Assembly: GCA_963768425.1 (NCBI GenBank)
Contig: CAVYHV010000001.1
Coordinates: forward strand, 1 to 47,546
Length of the DNA stretch: 47,546 nucleotides
Source: Candidatus Bathyarchaeota archaeon
Lineage (GTDB): Archaea > Thermoproteota > Bathyarchaeia > Bathyarchaeales > Bathycorpusculaceae
Reading direction: 5' to 3'
Under the pieces are notes generated by a model. The model was not told where the DNA came from. It was given only the letters and a program-made list of their open reading frames with translations, and made no database searches. Of the stretch, positions 18,148 to 28,627 are shown piece after piece. The position numbers were made by a program, and so were the translations under genes. Positions within the stretch are counted from its first letter, which is position 1. The number at the start of each line of letters is the position of its first letter.

Positions 18148-20345
18148 ATGAAAATACGTCGGAAGACACTGCTCATACTTCTCTTAACTACGATTATGTT
18201 AATGTCAGTTGTTTTCTGGTTTTCTCAAAAAACCATGCTAGACAATATAGCAACATCTGAGAACAAAGAGGCAAGATCAAACGCTCAAAGATTCCACACA
18301 AATTTGAACATAGAACTGCAAAGCCTCAATTCAACTGACACCGATTGGTCTCAATGGGACGACACATACCAATTCATTAAAGACAACAATACGGCTTATA
18401 TAAATTCAAATTTCTCAGACAAGACCTTAACTAATCTAAAAATAAACTTGATGTTATTTATCAATGAATCACGACAACTGGTTTTTGGCATAGCATTTGA
18501 CCTTGAAAACCAAACTTAGCGTTAACCTCCAAAATACAGAAATAAGCCAGATTTTGACCAACAATCTTCTTTACACAAACAACACTGAACAAAGCGAAGG
18601 AGGTCTCATTCTTTTCGAAGGATCGCCTATGCATTGTAATCTCTCAGCCTATTCTAACATAGTGAAGGCGAAGGACCAGTTCGTGGAGCTCTCATCATAG
18701 GTCGTTTTCTTGATAAATCAGAGAATAACAGCTCTCTGCACAAGCAGTAGGATTACCCATTGAAATATTTACTATAGGTGCTATTTCTCAAATGCCCTGC
18801 GGATTTAGAGATAGCAAGTAAGAATCTGTCAAACCAAGAACCAATCTTCGCTAAAGCCACAAACCGAAACTAATATGGCAGGATATGTCTTGCTTCAGGA
18901 CGTAAGCGGCGTTCCAATTGTTGATTACAGAGAGTCGATAGTTACAGATCCGCTTACTTGCAAGTTGACAACTAGCCTCAATTACCTTCATTGGCACATT
19001 TGTCTATTCTAGGAGTTGTCATTTTCTGCGGTAACTGCTGTTTCGTTGGACAAAGTTGTTCCTTAAAAGATTAAGCCGATCTGACGGACGATGTAGTGAA
19101 AATAAAACCAAATAGCGATCAACAAAATTATGTCAGTATTCAAGGAAACGATGAGTTGTCAAACTTGGGCTACAAAATTAATGGTATGCTTACTGCAATA
19201 GATGATTCCCGTGAAAAACTTAAGAAATATTCGGAAAGTCTCGAAAGGAAAGTTTAAGAAAGACTTCAGAATTGAAAAAGAATCAAGAGAAGCTCAAGAG
19301 CATATTCAGCTGCTTCTCCAGACACGATTATAGCAATGGACCTTCAAAAAAACATAATTGAAGATAATAAGCAAATGAATGAATCTTCACTGGTTACTCT
19401 CGAGATGAACTTAATTGGAAAGACCAGCTTTCTCCTTTATGAGTGAAGATGATTTAAAAGAGATTCCTGAAGTGCATGGAGGAAAACTAACGAAAGCGGG
19501 TCATCCATTAATTCGAGAATGTAGCATCAAGAAGAAGGATATGTCTGTATATCCCGTTGAGCTGACTATAAGCCCGTTGCGGGATGCTCAAAACACGTCG
19601 TGCGGTTTTGTTACGATAATTCGAGATTTGACTGAAAAGAAGGAATTAGAAAAGAAGCTGCGCAACGCGGAAAGATTAGCTGCCATCGGGGAGTTGGCTG
19701 GAATGGTTGCTCATGATTTGCGTAATCCGCTGCAAGGTATGAAAAACGCTGTCTACTTCCTGAAAAAGAAGAGTGCTACGCTCCCAGAAGATCGAGCTAA
19801 GGCTATGGTTGAGGACAATTGAGAAAGGAGTCGATCATTCAGACAAAATCATCAACGATCTTTTAGACTATGCCAGAAACATGCGTTTGGAACTACAAAT
19901 GAACTCGGTGTATGAATGTTGTGACGGATGCTCTGACAATGGTGAAAATTCCAGAAAATGTGAAGGTCATAAACACCGTTTCAGAAGAGACCCAACATTA
20001 ATAATTGACAAGAACAAGATAGAACGTGTTTTCATTAACCTTGTCAAGAACGCTATAGAAGCCATGCCAAACGGGGGCACAGTTGCAATAAACTCCAAGC
20101 AAGCAAACGGCAGCGTTGAAATTACCTTCGCAGACACAGGCACAGGGATACCAGAAGAAGTCCTACCGAAAATTTTCTCCCCGCTATTCACTACGAAAGC
20201 TCAAGGCATGGGATTCGGCTTAGCCATATGCAAACGCATAATCGAGGCACATGGAGGAACAATAAAGGTTGAAACCGAGAAATGCAAAGGCACAACATTC
20301 GAGGTTAGTTTGCCCGTTGAAACTAAACAGACCACTGGTCATTAG
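18148..20345 (+). CDS. Membrane sensor histidine kinase (CHASE4-like, HAMP, PAS, HisKA, HATPase_c), heavily frameshifted
   Basis: DWSQWDDTYQF (CHASE4-like), GNDELS HAMP segment, YPVELTISP PAS/PAC, AHDLRNPL H-box, NLVKNA, DTGTGI, FTTK.QGMGFGL. Confidence 0.85.
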
Positions 20346-20813
20346 AAGGTTAAAAAAATATGCCAGAATACTTCTTTAGAGCAGGGAAGCATGGAAACAT
20401 GTGAAAAGCTATCGTGCGCTACCCTTACTTTTACGTGATGAACCAAGAAGTAACAAACTTACATATTATTTCCTGAAAAATTTCGAAATAGCTTCCGCTA
20501 AACACAAATTAGTTGGCTAAAAATAGAAAAAGAAGGAAGAAACGAATTAGTCCTTGGGTTTAAGAGGAGCCCACAGGAACTGAAGCGGGCACATTTGGAT
20601 AAGGCGGCGCAGATGTTGGATCCGAACCAAGTATTTGTTTTGCCGCTTCGGTAACGATGCCTTATATTTGGGGTATAGGTGGGTTGGGACTTCTTTGATG
20701 TAAGTGAGTGCTTTGCTGAATAGTAATCCTGCTAGAGCTGAAGCGAATGGGTTGACTGTATCGATTAATAAAGAGCCGGGTGAGGTAGTTTCTCTGTTTT
20801 CTGATGGTCGAGT

Positions 20814-21091
20814 TTATGTGGGTTCAAGGGTGACTTCTAAGGTTCAGTTTTTTAGTCTTTGCCAATCTTAGTTTAGCAAGGCAATTGAAACAGGTGGAAG
20901 CGCTGATGTATTCGTCTTTTCGCATTTTGCCGAAAAAGCTATCCTTGTTGCCTAATTTGTCTGCAAGGGTGATTGTGACTTTTAAGATTTGAGTTGGTTC
21001 AATCTTGAACTGTCCCCGTGTAACTCGGCACACCTATGCGACTACTTTTGCTTAGAGGCGTTTTGAAGATCAATACTTGATCCAGAGGCAT
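20814..21091 (-). pseudogene. AbrB/swapped-hairpin-like DNA-binding protein, frameshifted
   Basis: Joined frames: MPLDQVLIFKTPLSKSSRIGVP / QFKIEPTQILKVTI...SFFGKMRKD / LEVTLEPT*; two AbrB-like half repeats. Confidence 0.55.
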
Positions 21092-21110
21092 GTTAAGTTG
21101 ATACTCATTT

Positions 21111-21195
21111 GACTTTTATAGCTTGTTATAGCGTTTTTTAGCTTATTTTAGCTTAATTTAGCTTATTATAGCGTAATTTAGCTTTTTCTAGCTTA
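21111..21195. repeat. Tandem 10-bp repeat, about 8 units, consensus GCTTWWTWTA
   Basis: gacttttata gcttgttata gcgtttttta gcttatttta gcttaattta gcttattata gcgtaattta gctttttcta gctta. Confidence 0.9.
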
Positions 21196-21359
21196 CAGTT
21201 GCAACTGGTTAAGTCACAGTTTCAAAAAAGCAACCCAAAACACAAAGAACATTTTTTCAGCTGGACTCTTTCCTCTCTCTGGAGCTTGCCTCTAAAGGTT
21301 ACTTTTCGAGTTATGGCATACGAATTATTCCTTAAATTCTATTGAAGTCTTTAAGTTAT

Positions 21360-21403
21360 AGTCAAATAAAGTCAAAACAGTGTCAAATAAAGTCAAATAA
21401 AGT
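21360..21403. repeat. Tandem AGTCAAATAA repeat, 4 units
   Basis: agtcaaataa agtcaaaaca g tgtcaaataa agtcaaataa agt. Confidence 0.85.
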
Positions 21404-21630
21404 ATCAACCTGCAGATGATTCAAGACCTCATTACCAAAAAGCAACTCAAAACACAAACAAAAAATTCTACTGCCGAAAAAAGACGCCAAGATCCTGCAT
21501 GAAGTATAGACTTTTTTTGATACGTGGGTAGCTGGCAATCTATAGATGGATTTTCGGAGACTTTGGGGTTGATAAACAAAAAATTGATTAATGGGAAGTG
21601 CTTTTGTAGAAGCGTTAAGGTGAAATTTGA

Positions 21631-22053
21631 ATGGCAAGCAATGTCATGGTTAGAGACATTATGTCTAAAGACGTTAAAACCGTGCGCAACGACACTACTG
21701 TTAAAGAAGTTATTGCGTTGATGAACAAATACGATAAAGACGCAATCCTTGTTGAGCAAAGCGGCAAACCTACTGGAATCATCACTGTCAAAGACGTGCT
21801 GGTTAGGGCAGTTGAACATGGCGTCCCACTGAACACTATCATCGCAAGAATGGTCTACACAAACCCACTGGTCACAATACCCGAAAACTCATCCGTTGAA
21901 GAAGCAGCAAACCTGATGAAAGAATGGAAAATCAAACATTTACCGATCGTTGACAAAGAAGGCTGCCTCGTAGGCATGATAAACGACAGGGACATAGTTT
22001 ACTCGGTTCCCGCGTTGATGTCTACGATGGAAGAGTTCTGCCGAACAAAATAA
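21631..22053 (+). CDS. CBS-pair domain protein
   Basis: VRDIMSKDV...GIITVKD and SVEEAANLM...IKHLPIVD...VGMINDRD. Confidence 0.92.
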   Translation: MASNVMVRDIMSKDVKTVRNDTTVKEVIALMNKYDKDAILVEQSGKPTGIITVKDVLVRAVEHGVPLNTIIARMVYTNPLVTIPENSSVEEAANLMKEWKIKHLPIVDKEGCLVGMINDRDIVYSVPALMSTMEEFCRTK

Positions 22054-22153
22054 ACGCGAACGGTAACCCTTTTTTATCTTTTCAAAATTTTTACAAAATA
22101 AACAAAAATTTGGTTTAGCTACGCTCATCAAAAAACTAGGTAGAGAAGAGGGC

Positions 22154-22447
22154 TTATGCCTTTTGTTCTTTGGCCCATTCTTCCTTGACGAGTTTGGTGA
22201 TGTTTTCCAGGTTCGGCTGCGCAGTTAAGTCGGCGATGACGTTGTTGAGTTCGTTCCTGATCAGCAGGGCGATTTCCCCGGGTCGCAGGGGCTCTGGACG
22301 CGTTGATTGATAAACCCGCAGGGCACGCATACAGAATTTTGTCATGACGCATTGAAGTTCATTTTGCAAATCAGAAAGTTCGTTCTTGCTGTTTTTCATT
22401 AGTTTGCTGAAGCCTTTTGAATCCCAATTTCCATCTTCTTCTGACAT
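22154..22447 (-). CDS. Hypothetical helical protein downstream of pyrG
   Basis: 97-aa intact ORF co-oriented with pyrG. Confidence 0.65.
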   Translation of the reverse strand: MSEEDGNWDSKGFSKLMKNSKNELSDLQNELQCVMTKFCMRALRVYQSTRPEPLRPGEIALLIRNELNNVIADLTAQPNLENITKLVKEEWAKEQKA

Positions 22448-22516
22448 TTCTTAATCAAATCCTAACGTTTCATGTAAACGGGTCATAATAGCCTTTTCTA
22501 AAAAATAGCCGTTTCA

Positions 22517-24145
22517 CTAAGAAATAAGGGTTTTAGGTTTGCCGAGTTTCTTGTTGATGCATGCTTGGATGAACCCTGCGTATTCAGGTTCGGGTCTTCC
22601 CGGTCTGCTTTTGAATTCTCCGTGGAACTGTGAGGCGAAGAAGAAGTATTTGTCGGGTAACTCCAATGTTTCCATTCGTCGTCCGTCACTGCTTTTGCCG
22701 GTGAAGCGTAGGCCATTGTTTTTGAGTGTTTCTTGGTAGTCAAGGTTAACTTCGAAGCGGTGTCGGTGGCGCTCGTAGATTTCTTCTTCGCGGTACATGC
22801 TGTAGGCTAAGGTGCCTTTTTGAAGTACGCATTTGTGAGCGCCCAGGCGCATTGTTGCGCCTTTGATTTCTATACCACGTTGCTCAGGCATCAAGTCGAT
22901 GACTGGGAAGGGGGTTTCCGGGTTGATTTCGGTGCTGTTTGCGTCTTTTAAGCCGCAGACGTTGCGTGCGTACTCGATGACGGCAAGCTGAAAACCGTAG
23001 CATATTCCAAGGAAGGGGATATCGTTTTCTCTTGCGAATTGGACAGCCAAAATCTTGCCTTCTGTGCCACGCGGTCCGAAACCATATGGGACGAAGATGC
23101 CGTCGAAGTTGGAGAGGTCTTTGATGCATTGTGGGTCATGCTCTAGTTTCTCTGCTTCAAGGTAGCTGATGCAGACTTTGGTTTTGCATGAGCCGCCTCC
23201 ATGCCGTAGCGCCTCAGTCATGCTTACGTAGCTGTCGGTTAACCCAGCGTATTTGCCGACCAGCGCAATTTTGACTTCATGCTCGGGATGGATGAGTCCG
23301 TCGACGAATTGCTGCCATGTGCTAAAGTCTTTGCCGTCGCATTTGAGGCCAAGCCGTTGGCAGATGAAGTCGCCCATGCCTTGCCCATCCAAAATAAGAG
23401 GCACCTGATAAACGCTCTCCGCGTTGTATGAGTTGAAGACAGCGTTCTCAGGTATTGTGCCGAAAAGCGCAATTTTACGTGAAATCTCGTTGTCAATTGG
23501 CTTGGGGCTTCGGGCAACGATTGTGTCCGGTTGGATTCCGATGCGTCTTAGCTCGTTGACGCTGTGCTGAAGAGGCTTGGTTTTCATTTCGCCAGTGACA
23601 TCAAGAATCGGGACTAATGCAACATGCACGTAGAAGGTGTTTTCGTAGCCTTCTTCCAGCCTCATCTGACGAATAGCTTCAAGAAACGGTAGGCCCTCGA
23701 TGTCGCCTACGGTTCCGCCTACTTCGGTGAGAACGATGTCAGCGCAAGTTGCCTTGCCCACGTTTTTAATGCGGTTCTTGATTTCGTTAGTTACATGCGG
23801 CACAATCTGAACACAGCGCCCCAAAAAGTCGCCTCGACGCTCTTTTTCAATAACGGCTTTGTAAACCATACCGGTGGTCAAGTTGTTCTCCTGTTTGAGG
23901 CTTAAATCCAAGAAGCGTTCGTACCAACCTAAATCAAGGTCAGTTTCGCCGCCGTCGTCGGTGACATACACTTCGCCATGCATGTACGGGTTCATTGTTC
24001 CAGCGTCAACGTTCACGTAAGGGTCGATTTTTACAACCGTACATTTCAATCCCCTCGCCTGAAGCATTTTCCCAATGGATGAAGTCAATATTCCTTTGCC
24101 GACGGAACTTAACACGCCTCCCGTGACGAAAATGTACTTAACCAT
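22517..24145 (-). CDS. pyrG: CTP synthase
   Basis: KYIFVTGGVLSSVGKG, KIDPYVNVDAGTMNP, KTKPLQHSV, GICYG, ERHRHRFE, QFHGE. Confidence 0.98.
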   Translation of the reverse strand: MVKYIFVTGGVLSSVGKGILTSSIGKMLQARGLKCTVVKIDPYVNVDAGTMNPYMHGEVYVTDDGGETDLDLGWYERFLDLSLKQENNLTTGMVYKAVIEKERRGDFLGRCVQIVPHVTNEIKNRIKNVGKATCADIVLTEVGGTVGDIEGLPFLEAIRQMRLEEGYENTFYVHVALVPILDVTGEMKTKPLQHSVNELRRIGIQPDTIVARSPKPIDNEISRKIALFGTIPENAVFNSYNAESVYQVPLILDGQGMGDFICQRLGLKCDGKDFSTWQQFVDGLIHPEHEVKIALVGKYAGLTDSYVSMTEALRHGGGSCKTKVCISYLEAEKLEHDPQCIKDLSNFDGIFVPYGFGPRGTEGKILAVQFARENDIPFLGICYGFQLAVIEYARNVCGLKDANSTEINPETPFPVIDLMPEQRGIEIKGATMRLGAHKCVLQKGTLAYSMYREEEIYERHRHRFEVNLDYQETLKNNGLRFTGKSSDGRRMETLELPDKYFFFASQFHGEFKSRPGRPEPEYAGFIQACINKKLGKPKTLIS

Positions 24146-24425
24146 AATTTTCCCCGCAACAACCTACATCTCTCATGCAATCTTAATATAACCTTTTTGT
24201 GTGCGCAGCTGCAAAAACGTGCAATCACGCATGGCTCACGATGAAAATCTAAGCAGGTTCAAGGGCGATATCTATCTGAATCTGCCGTTGCAAACTACCT
24301 GAATATACGGGAGTTGCCTTTTAAAGTGATAAAAAATCGGGGAATTTGCAAATTAAGCAAAAAATTTTCCTGTAACTTCAGAAAAATATTAATTAACACA
24401 GCCCCAAATATGATTGGAGACTAAA

Positions 24426-24659
24426 ATGCCTAAAGCCTTTGTGTTGATAAATGTTGAATCGGGTTCAGAAGAAGAAGTTCTTGAACGAATAAAAAAAAGT
24501 GAAGGGGTAGAAGAAGCGTATTATTCATACGGCGTCTATGACATAATCGCTAAGATCAAAGCAGAAACCATGGAGAGACTACGGGAAGCAGTGTCGCAGA
24601 AAATGAGAGCAATCAGCAAAGTCCGATCCACGTTGACGCTGATAATTTTGGAAGAATAA
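24426..24659 (+). CDS. Stand-alone Lrp/AsnC ligand-binding (RAM) domain protein
   Basis: MPKAFVLINVE.G.E..V...GVEEA...YGVYDIIAK...VRSTLTL; no HTH. Confidence 0.9.
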   Translation: MPKAFVLINVESGSEEEVLERIKKSEGVEEAYYSYGVYDIIAKIKAETMERLREAVSQKMRAISKVRSTLTLIILEE

Positions 24660-24851
24660 AGAAACATTTTGGCTCCAAGTTTTTTTCCTCAATAGGGCGC
24701 AAGTCGCTGCCTTTACACGACAATAACTTTCTAATTCAAAATGCAGCCGTAACCCTGAATCGCTTTTTCTATCCCACGAGGCATCAACGTTTTTTGCGTA
24801 TTGCTTAATAGTTTAGCCAGCGAAGGTAGAGGGAAGGCTTGGAAGTTCAAC

Positions 24852-25880
24852 ATGCAAACCGCAGGAAGACCGCTGGGGCAAAAGGTGATTTTCGCAGTTC
24901 TGATTTTTGGGCTCTTAGCCTTCCTGCTCTATTTCGCTCTCTTCATTAACCCTTCACAGGTTGTCCAGATCCTTTCTAAAACCAATCTGGAAATTTACGC
25001 AACCGCCTTCATCGCATATTTAATCTACGCCTTCTTTTCGTCGCTTGTATGGCGCAGCCTTTTAAAGAGCCTCTCCGTGGAAATTACCAGTCGCAAAGCA
25101 TTCCTCTTCACTTGGGTCGGCCTGTTTTTTGATGCTACCGTTCCGCAGTTGGGCTGGTCAGGCGAAATCTCCAAAACTTACCTGCTGAACAAAGACTCAA
25201 GTCTTAGCGCAGGGAAAATTGGCGCCTCGGTAGTTAGCCAGAAACTCTTCAACATGACCATCACTGTTGTGGCGATGTCGCTTGGTTTAGGTTTTGTGCT
25301 TGTCGGCTACCAAGTGCCGTTTGTCGTTACTTTCCTTATTTCGTTTGTTCTCTCCCTTTTGATTTTGACTCTGATATTGATTTATTACATTAGTGTGAAG
25401 CCATCAGCAACCAAAACTTTGCTGAACTGGGCGGTAAAACTGATTTCGTTTTTCAGAAAAACGTGGAACCCCACAAACTTTAGGCTAAAGGCAGAAGGAC
25501 TCTTAACTAGCTTCCATGTTGGGATGCAGCATTTGAGAGGAAACTCGAAATCGCTGGTTAAACCCATTATTTACTCGGTTACAAGCTTCGTCTTCGAAAT
25601 CTCAGTTACCTTCATCACATTTTTGGCTTTAGGCTACCCCGTACCTGTCGACAAGGTGCTGATTGTGTTCACTTTAACAGGTACCCTTCAAACCGTTGGC
25701 TTCACCTTTTTTGGTGTGCCCGAATTAATCATGAGCTTGTCGTTCACTGCACTAGGTATTCCGGCGGCTCTGAGTGTTTCTGTTACGTTACTTACGAGAG
25801 TTGTGAGCTTGTGGTTCCGCCTCATCGTATCTTACGGTGCGTTGCAATGGGCGGGAATCAAAATTATGCTTAACAAGTAA
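24852..25880 (+). CDS. UPF0104/lysylphosphatidylglycerol synthase TM-like (flippase-like) membrane protein
   Basis: About 8 TM helices; W..LL...FFDA..P...SGE..K and G..E......F..LG......S..LL.R...W patterns. Confidence 0.8.
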   Translation: MQTAGRPLGQKVIFAVLIFGLLAFLLYFALFINPSQVVQILSKTNLEIYATAFIAYLIYAFFSSLVWRSLLKSLSVEITSRKAFLFTWVGLFFDATVPQLGWSGEISKTYLLNKDSSLSAGKIGASVVSQKLFNMTITVVAMSLGLGFVLVGYQVPFVVTFLISFVLSLLILTLILIYYISVKPSATKTLLNWAVKLISFFRKTWNPTNFRLKAEGLLTSFHVGMQHLRGNSKSLVKPIIYSVTSFVFEISVTFITFLALGYPVPVDKVLIVFTLTGTLQTVGFTFFGVPELIMSLSFTALGIPAALSVSVTLLTRVVSLWFRLIVSYGALQWAGIKIMLNK

Positions 25881-25974
25881 ACGGTTTTCTCAGCTGGGAG
25901 ACGCTTTCTTGGCTGTCTGCTAGGAAACTTTTTAATGCAGCCTAGGCTAATCAGTTATTGTAGGATAGATTGAT

Positions 25975-26211
25975 ATGCCAACAGCCTTTGTACTGATAAA
26001 CACTGAGATTGGTTCGGAATCCGACGTTTTGAAAGAGTTAAAGAAAGTCGAAGGGGTAGAGGAAGCGTCAGCCGTCTATGGTGTCTACGACATTGTTGCA
26101 CGGGTTAAAGCTGACACGATGGACAGGCTTAAAGAGTTGGTGACATGGCGAATTCGACGCCTCGACAAAGTGCGGTCAACACTGACAATGATTGTCGTAG
26201 AAGAAAAATAA
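25975..26211 (+). CDS. Stand-alone Lrp/AsnC ligand-binding domain protein
   Basis: MPTAFVLINTEIGSE...GVEEASAVYGVYDIVARV...VRSTLTMIV. Confidence 0.92.
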   Translation: MPTAFVLINTEIGSESDVLKELKKVEGVEEASAVYGVYDIVARVKADTMDRLKELVTWRIRRLDKVRSTLTMIVVEEK

Positions 26212-26730
26212 TCGTTTTTTAACTCGTTTTCTTACAACTTGAAAAAACAGTTTTTCATCCCTTCAGAATCCACATAACCTTAGAGATAATATTACTTTTT
26301 GAGTGAAGTGCCGAAAACAGCTTTCAAATTCCATGGAGTGGAAGCGGTTTCCAGATGGGAAACAGTTAGACACTCATGAAAGAGGGCGTTATCGAAAAGC
26401 AAATTTAGCCTAAGAAGCCTCCTGCCAGCACAAAGCGAGCGTGTGATTGTGTTCGTACAGTCACATAATTTTAAATTTTTTGCAATTGATTAAACTCTTG
26501 TGCATCTAGAACCCGTAAGTGAGAGACTGAAAATGCAGAAAATTAATAACGCGTCAGTGAGCTACCACCTTTCAGCGAAGGCTCTCTTTTTTAACAGATG
26601 CGCAAAATTTTTTGTTGGTTGGATAAAAGAGATTTGGATACACGCCGATCTTTTTTGCCGTTCCCCTTGAACATGAAAGAGCACCCAATCTCTGAAACCA
26701 ACCCTTTTAAAATTCAAGGAGTTTGGAAAA

Positions 26731-27030
26731 ATGCCAAAGGCTTACGTTCTGTTAAATACCGAAATCGGAGCGGAGAGCAAGGTTCTTGAGGCTTTGAAGA
26801 AAATCGAAGGCGTGGAAGAAGCGCATAATCTGTGGGGAATCTATGATATTATCGCCAACATAAAAGCTGATAGCTTAGAAAAACTGCGGTACATAATAAC
26901 TAAGGAAATCGGTCAGGTTGAGAAAATAAACTCGAAGTTGACTATGGTGATAACGGAAAAGCCGCAGCCGACTTTGGAAGATCAAGTGTTTTTTAGGCCA
27001 AACCCAATGGAGACCGCCCTCATCCATTAG
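26731..27030 (+). CDS. Stand-alone Lrp/AsnC ligand-binding domain protein with C-terminal tail
   Basis: MPKAYVLLNTEIGAE...GVEEAHNLWGIYDIIA. Confidence 0.9.
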   Translation: MPKAYVLLNTEIGAESKVLEALKKIEGVEEAHNLWGIYDIIANIKADSLEKLRYIITKEIGQVEKINSKLTMVITEKPQPTLEDQVFFRPNPMETALIH

Positions 27031-27112
27031 CCTCAACCCAAATTTTGTTGTTTAAACAACATTTTTTTAACCTTGTAGTTCACTATCTAGGCTTGTTTAG
27101 AGGAAGACTGCT

Positions 27113-28456
27113 TTGGCTCAGAAACAGGTAATGCATATTGGGTTAGATGACACAGACTCAATCAAAGGAGGCTGCACAACTTACCTTGCGGCTTTGCTTG
27201 TTGAAAAACTCGCCAGATTCCAGGCAGAATACATCGATTACCCACTTTTGATTAGGCTTAACCCGAACGTTCCGTGGAAAACAAGAGGTAACGGCTCCCT
27301 TTGCTTAAGATTCAATCACCTAGCAGGATTTGAGCAGGAAATAAAGGAAACTGCTTTGGGGCTGTGGGAAAAAAACTCCGCCATCAAAGAAAAAGGTACA
27401 GACCCAGGTATCGTTTTTTTCGGTAGACAAGAAATCCCCGGGGAATTCGCGGCTTTTTCGAAAAAGGCTGAAACCACCGTCGTAACCCTTAAGGAAGCTT
27501 TATCGCTTATCAAGCAGTTCGGCGGCGAAGCATGCGGGTTCAACTCTTGCCGGGGCATCATCGGTGCTTTAGCAGCAATCGGTGAAACCCTCCGCTGCGA
27601 CCACACCTACGAGCTCATCGCCTACAGAGCTCCTCAGAACTGGGGCACAAAACGGCAGGTTGACGCGGCATCAATTTTCGAGATGGACAAAGAGCTTGCA
27701 CCTTACACTTTTAACAATGTAGATCAAGAGAAAAAAAGAGTCATAATTACTCCGCGGGGTCCAGACCCAATTCTCTTCGGCATCAGAGGCGAAACACCCG
27801 AAGTAGTCAAAGCCGCATACGCGTTGGTTAAGCCGCTTGAACCCGTCAAAAGATGGGTCATCTTCCGCTCAAACCAAGGCACAGACGCCCACCTTACCCA
27901 AGTCCAAACATTGAGCAGCGTTGAGCCATACAGCTCCGTGATCGCGAAAGGCCACGTTTCCCAAAACCCGCGTATGGTCCCCCTTCGCCACGTCATCTTC
28001 TCGATACGAGATAACTCGGCAGAGGTTGATTGCGCCGCTTACGAACCGACGTGTGACCTGCGCAAAATAGCAAAAGAACTCATCATCGGCGACTATGTTG
28101 AGGTCTACGGGGCCGTGCGTAAAGCGATAAACGGCAAACCGTTGACTATCAACCTTGAGAAAATCAATGTACTTAGCCTTGCATCAAAAACGCGTTCAGA
28201 AAACCCGCTTTGTCCAAACTGCGGCAAACATTTGAAATCGATGGGGAAAAACCAAGGTTTTCGATGTGAAAAATGCGGCGCAAAATTTGCAGATCTAAAG
28301 AAGAAAGATTTGGTTGTGCCCCGAACGCTTAAAGTTGGGTTGTATGTGACTTCAACGAGGTCTCAGAGGCATCTGACCAAACCGCTCAGACGTTACGGTC
28401 TGGAAAAAACTACTGCGTTGGATGTGCGTTTGATAGGCGAGTGGCATTGTCCGTGA
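27113..28456 (+). CDS. tiaS: tRNA(Ile2) agmatidine synthetase
   Basis: HIGLDDTDS..GGCTTY, LIRLNPNVPWKTRGNG, GIIGALAAIG, PDPILFGIRG, NQGTDAH, OB fold, CPNC...CEKC ribbon, RHLTKP. Confidence 0.96.
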   Translation: MAQKQVMHIGLDDTDSIKGGCTTYLAALLVEKLARFQAEYIDYPLLIRLNPNVPWKTRGNGSLCLRFNHLAGFEQEIKETALGLWEKNSAIKEKGTDPGIVFFGRQEIPGEFAAFSKKAETTVVTLKEALSLIKQFGGEACGFNSCRGIIGALAAIGETLRCDHTYELIAYRAPQNWGTKRQVDAASIFEMDKELAPYTFNNVDQEKKRVIITPRGPDPILFGIRGETPEVVKAAYALVKPLEPVKRWVIFRSNQGTDAHLTQVQTLSSVEPYSSVIAKGHVSQNPRMVPLRHVIFSIRDNSAEVDCAAYEPTCDLRKIAKELIIGDYVEVYGAVRKAINGKPLTINLEKINVLSLASKTRSENPLCPNCGKHLKSMGKNQGFRCEKCGAKFADLKKKDLVVPRTLKVGLYVTSTRSQRHLTKPLRRYGLEKTTALDVRLIGEWHCP

Positions 28457-28627
28457 AACATGCTATTCTAAAACTTAGCAACAGGCGACACAGTTCTCCA
28501 CACCTACTTTCCTAACAAACCCCCGGTTTTCTTCCGCCAACAACCCCCGTTTGATTGAAATCCTTTAAATCAGTGAAATCCAATAAGCCTCTCCAACAGC
28601 AAGCAATCTTACATTAAAACGAGGCAA

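Noticed and set aside
18148-20345. Stop-codon recoding (Sec/Pyl or alternative genetic code) in the kinase
   Set aside because: The interruptions are frame changes rather than consistent in-frame TGA/TAG codons, and all three stop codons terminate intact genes elsewhere in the window
21111-21403. CRISPR array
   Set aside because: Units are 10 bp and contiguous with no unique spacers; no cas genes in the window
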